Assembly (NCBI RefSeq): GCF_963921235.1
Contig: NC_086097.1
Coordinates: forward strand, 108,750,001-108,814,000
Direction of reading: 5' to 3'
DNA: 64,000 bases
Source of the DNA: Mobula hypostoma
Taxonomy: Eukaryota
Shown: in pieces, positions 63,340 through 64,000 of the stretch
Layout: every line of letters begins with the position of its first letter
Numbering within the stretch: the stretch's first letter is position 1
Program-made: the position numbers and the translations under genes
Notes under the pieces: generated by a model
What the model saw: the letters and a program-made list of their open reading frames with translations, nothing else
What the model was told of the DNA's origin: nothing
Database searches by the model: none

Positions 63340-64000
63340 ACAACACACCTAAAAAATGCTGGTGAACGCAGCAGGCCAGGCAGCATCTCTAGGAAGAGGT
63401 ACAGTCGACATTTCGGGCCGAGACCCTTCGTCAGGACTAACTGAAAGAAGAGATAGTAAGAGATTTGAAAGTGGGAGGGGGAGAGGGAGATCCGAAATGC
63501 TAGGAGAAGACAGGAGGGGGAAAGGATGGAGCTAAGAGCTGGACAGGTGATTGGCAAAAGGGATATGAGAGGATCATGGGACTGGAGGCCTAGGGAGAAA
63601 GAAAGGAGGAGGTGGGAAGCCCAGAGGATGGGCAAGAAGTATAGTGAGAGGGACAGAGGGAGAAAAAGGAGAGAGAGAAAAAAAATTAATAATAATAATA
63701 ATAAATAAATAACAGATGGGGTACGAGGGGGAGGTGGGGCATTTGCGGAAGTTTGAGAAGTCAATGTTCATGCCATCAGGTTGGAGGCTACCCAGACGGA
63801 ATATAAGGTGTTGTTCCTCCAACCTGAGTGTGGCTTCATCTTTACAGTAGAGGAGGCCGTGGATAGACATGTCAGAATGGGAATGGGATGTGGAATAAAA
63901 TGCATGGCCACTGAGGTGAAGTGTTGCCTCACCTGGAAGGACTGTCTGGGGCCCTGAATGGTGGTGAGGGAGGAAGTGTAAGGGCATGTGTAGCACTTGT
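63340..64000 (-). mobile_element. PLE 3' end running off the window; hammerhead motif at 63403-63438 (GAAAT variant)
   Basis: Reverse complement of the pseudo-LTR and GIY-YIG C-terminus (RLEEQHLIFRLGSLQPDGMNIDF). Confidence 0.9.

Noticed and set aside
1..64000. CRISPR array, prokaryotic operon or defence system
   Set aside because: No regularly spaced repeats or dense gene packing. All repeats are explained by eukaryotic transposons and microsatellites.

Overview
Eukaryotic, repeat-rich vertebrate DNA. The repeat complement suggests a cartilaginous fish (ray or shark), which is inference. No prokaryotic systems, CRISPR arrays or rRNA genes were seen. The window is the interior of one minus-strand gene, recognised as RGS22. 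I read nine GT-AG exons with mutually compatible phases: 55953-56038, 52023-52164, 36035-36188, 28567-29251, 25455-25616, 24699-24864, 18956-19101, 8323-8425 and 2633-2758. The gene's ends lie outside the window. The introns are filled with nested transposons: Penelope-like elements (PLEs, GIY-YIG), Rex1/Babar and CR1 LINEs, a two-LTR chromodomain Gypsy, an IR/DR Tc1, Tigger/pogo derivatives, Chapaev3-like elements, hAT MITEs and tRNA-derived SINEs. The most interesting system is a young PLE family whose pseudo-LTR carries a minimal type I hammerhead ribozyme (AGTC-CTGACGA-AGGGTCTCGGCCY-GAAAC-GTC/GACT). It is present in about 10 copies on both strands, three intact ones being sense to the RGS22 pre-mRNA. 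The family makes inverted hairpin insertions with 12-15 bp target-site duplications (TSDs). These include a 165 bp palindrome folded exactly at the predicted cleavage site and a roughly 97 bp insertion that is little more than the ribozyme. All homology calls are from memory of the families; no search was run.
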